Shown: positions 61,710 to 64,000 of the stretch, piece by piece | Position numbering within the stretch: the stretch's first letter is position 1 | Layout: every line of letters starts with the position of its first letter | Source: a virus | Lineage: Duplodnaviria > Caudoviricetes | DNA length: 64,000 nt | IMG/VR virus record: IMGVR_UViG_3300010352_001543 | Reading direction: 5' to 3' (one strand) | The notes under the pieces: model-generated | What the model was told of the DNA's origin: nothing | Seen by the model: only the letters and a program-made list of their open reading frames with translations | Databases searched by the model: none | Position numbers and translations under genes: made by a program

Positions 61710-62354
61710 ATGTCAGTAATTTTAGAAAACGAAGGTTTTTACAACAACGGAAACGAATATGATAACATAGGTATTGTTAGTCCAATGGATAGAATTCCAT
61801 CCACTTCGAACATAAGAAAAGATATAGATTCATTTTATATTAGACGACCACTAGATCAAAATCAAAAATTTATGATCTTCAAGAACAATGCAATTCAAAT
61901 AGTAAAAGGTAATACTGTTTTATTTGAATTTAAATTAGACACCGTGTTTGAACATATAGATTCATACCAAGACATAAATATTAGTTTACAGAAAGCGATT
62001 TTAATAGATGTAGAAGATGGTGAGCCATATTTGGTGGCTTCTGATTCTATTCCATTTACTAATTTCAAAAGTGCATTAGAAATAATGAATGTTGAAGATC
62101 AAACCAAAGAAAATAATTACTTAAATTTCTCAGATATTTCTTTTGAAGATTATAGCACAATGTTAATTCTTCCGGATTATTCTTCACAAGTAGAAAATGT
62201 AAGTGATTTTGCATTTTTTATAAAAATAGGAAATGAATGGATTCTTGGTAAGAAATTCATGATGCTCTCGACTCATGATGCTCTGACACAATCGATAATT
62301 ATAGCTAATCCTTTAACAGAAGAATTACCAATAAAAATTATTTTAATTAAATGA
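61710..62354 (+). CDS. Hypothetical (probable virion) protein
   Basis: Follows an AATATATA box. Confidence 0.6.
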   Translation: MSVILENEGFYNNGNEYDNIGIVSPMDRIPSTSNIRKDIDSFYIRRPLDQNQKFMIFKNNAIQIVKGNTVLFEFKLDTVFEHIDSYQDINISLQKAILIDVEDGEPYLVASDSIPFTNFKSALEIMNVEDQTKENNYLNFSDISFEDYSTMLILPDYSSQVENVSDFAFFIKIGNEWILGKKFMMLSTHDALTQSIIIANPLTEELPIKIILIK

Positions 62355-63229
62355 GCGAAATAAATGAACTCAAAGGAACATTCACAGGTTTGAAAATTAT
62401 TCCACCTGAAAATGGATCTACTAATGTTAATGCTTTTAGAGTATCATCAGGTAAAATATTTTTTCAAGAAAGTTCCAATTCTCAAAAAATAATAAAACTA
62501 TGGAATTTTGCTAATGAATACGAATTAAAAAACGACATAGCAATTAAATTAAATGGTTCTACTGATAATGAACCACAATTATATTCTGTTTATGCTAAAC
62601 CGGATAATATAAAACTTAGTGATAACATAACAAATCTAACCTTTTTTACTAAGAATGGTATTGCTAATGATAATCCCGGTTTACCGGAAGAAGACACTTC
62701 TTGTATTTTTCTCGGTTCTGTTTTTGTTCCTTCAAGATTTCCATCACTGAACACTACTTTATATTACCGTTCTGTTTCTGATGATTTGGATTCTTATAAT
62801 TTATTAGTATCCCAAACAGAGTGGATAAATCAATTAAAAAAAGGTATAGAGGTATGGAGTCCAGAAACAATTTATTTTGAAGACCAACTAGTTCGGTATC
62901 AAGATTGTTTTTATATATGTTTGAAAAATCATGCTTCTGGTCCATTATTTAGTCAAGATTTAAATGACGATAACTGGATAATTTCTTGTTCAACCGGCGG
63001 TGTTATAGATGAAAATATAGCATATGAAGTAGTTTTAGTTCAGAATGGAGATAATGGTGCGGTTCCGGGAGATAAATACTATTGTATTTACGAAAAAATA
63101 CAATTTTTGGATTCAGCTTATGCTCAAGGAGATATTGATATAAGAAGACTTGTAACTACTTTAGCTAAAGCAAATTCCGCAGTCCCTCCGATAACTGGAA
63201 GTTTTGAACATTATACCTCATATTCATAA
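62351..63229 (+). CDS. Probable virion protein with CBM5/12-like module
   Basis: WSPETIYFEDQLVRY...YICLKNHAS...W. Confidence 0.55.
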   Translation: MSEINELKGTFTGLKIIPPENGSTNVNAFRVSSGKIFFQESSNSQKIIKLWNFANEYELKNDIAIKLNGSTDNEPQLYSVYAKPDNIKLSDNITNLTFFTKNGIANDNPGLPEEDTSCIFLGSVFVPSRFPSLNTTLYYRSVSDDLDSYNLLVSQTEWINQLKKGIEVWSPETIYFEDQLVRYQDCFYICLKNHASGPLFSQDLNDDNWIISCSTGGVIDENIAYEVVLVQNGDNGAVPGDKYYCIYEKIQFLDSAYAQGDIDIRRLVTTLAKANSAVPPITGSFEHYTSYS

Positions 63230-63244
63230 AAAAATAATTTTTAG

Positions 63245-64000
<756 letters not shown>

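Overview
AT-rich fragment of a large T4-like (jumbo) myophage genome read in the standard genetic code. There is one strand switch at about 38.2-38.6 kb. The left arm (minus strand) holds a sliding-clamp-like gene, type IIA topoisomerase, dUTPase, collagen/LRR fibre genes with a methyltransferase-glycosyltransferase, head-completion, baseplate and neck genes, an ATP-grasp + amidoligase + ribosomal S1-like trio, tail sheath, terminase and RNase H. The right arm (plus strand) holds a solo TnpB, an ACP-like protein, a degenerate RNA-ligase fusion, proteins with a shared N-terminal capsid-targeting-like peptide, a half-length family B DNA polymerase, class II ribonucleotide reductase, a tape-measure-like protein, a sigma factor and a 7-deazaguanine cluster (queD, queE, folE, dpdA-like, parB-like). 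The most striking signal is a fractured replication apparatus. GyrB-like topoisomerase and NrdJ are each encoded in two pieces carrying complementary split-intein halves, and PolB is truncated before motifs B/C. The endonuclease inside the split topoisomerase sits under a hairpin-plus-late-promoter switch. A recurrent AATATATA box marks candidate late promoters. All calls come from motif recognition by eye; no database searches were run.
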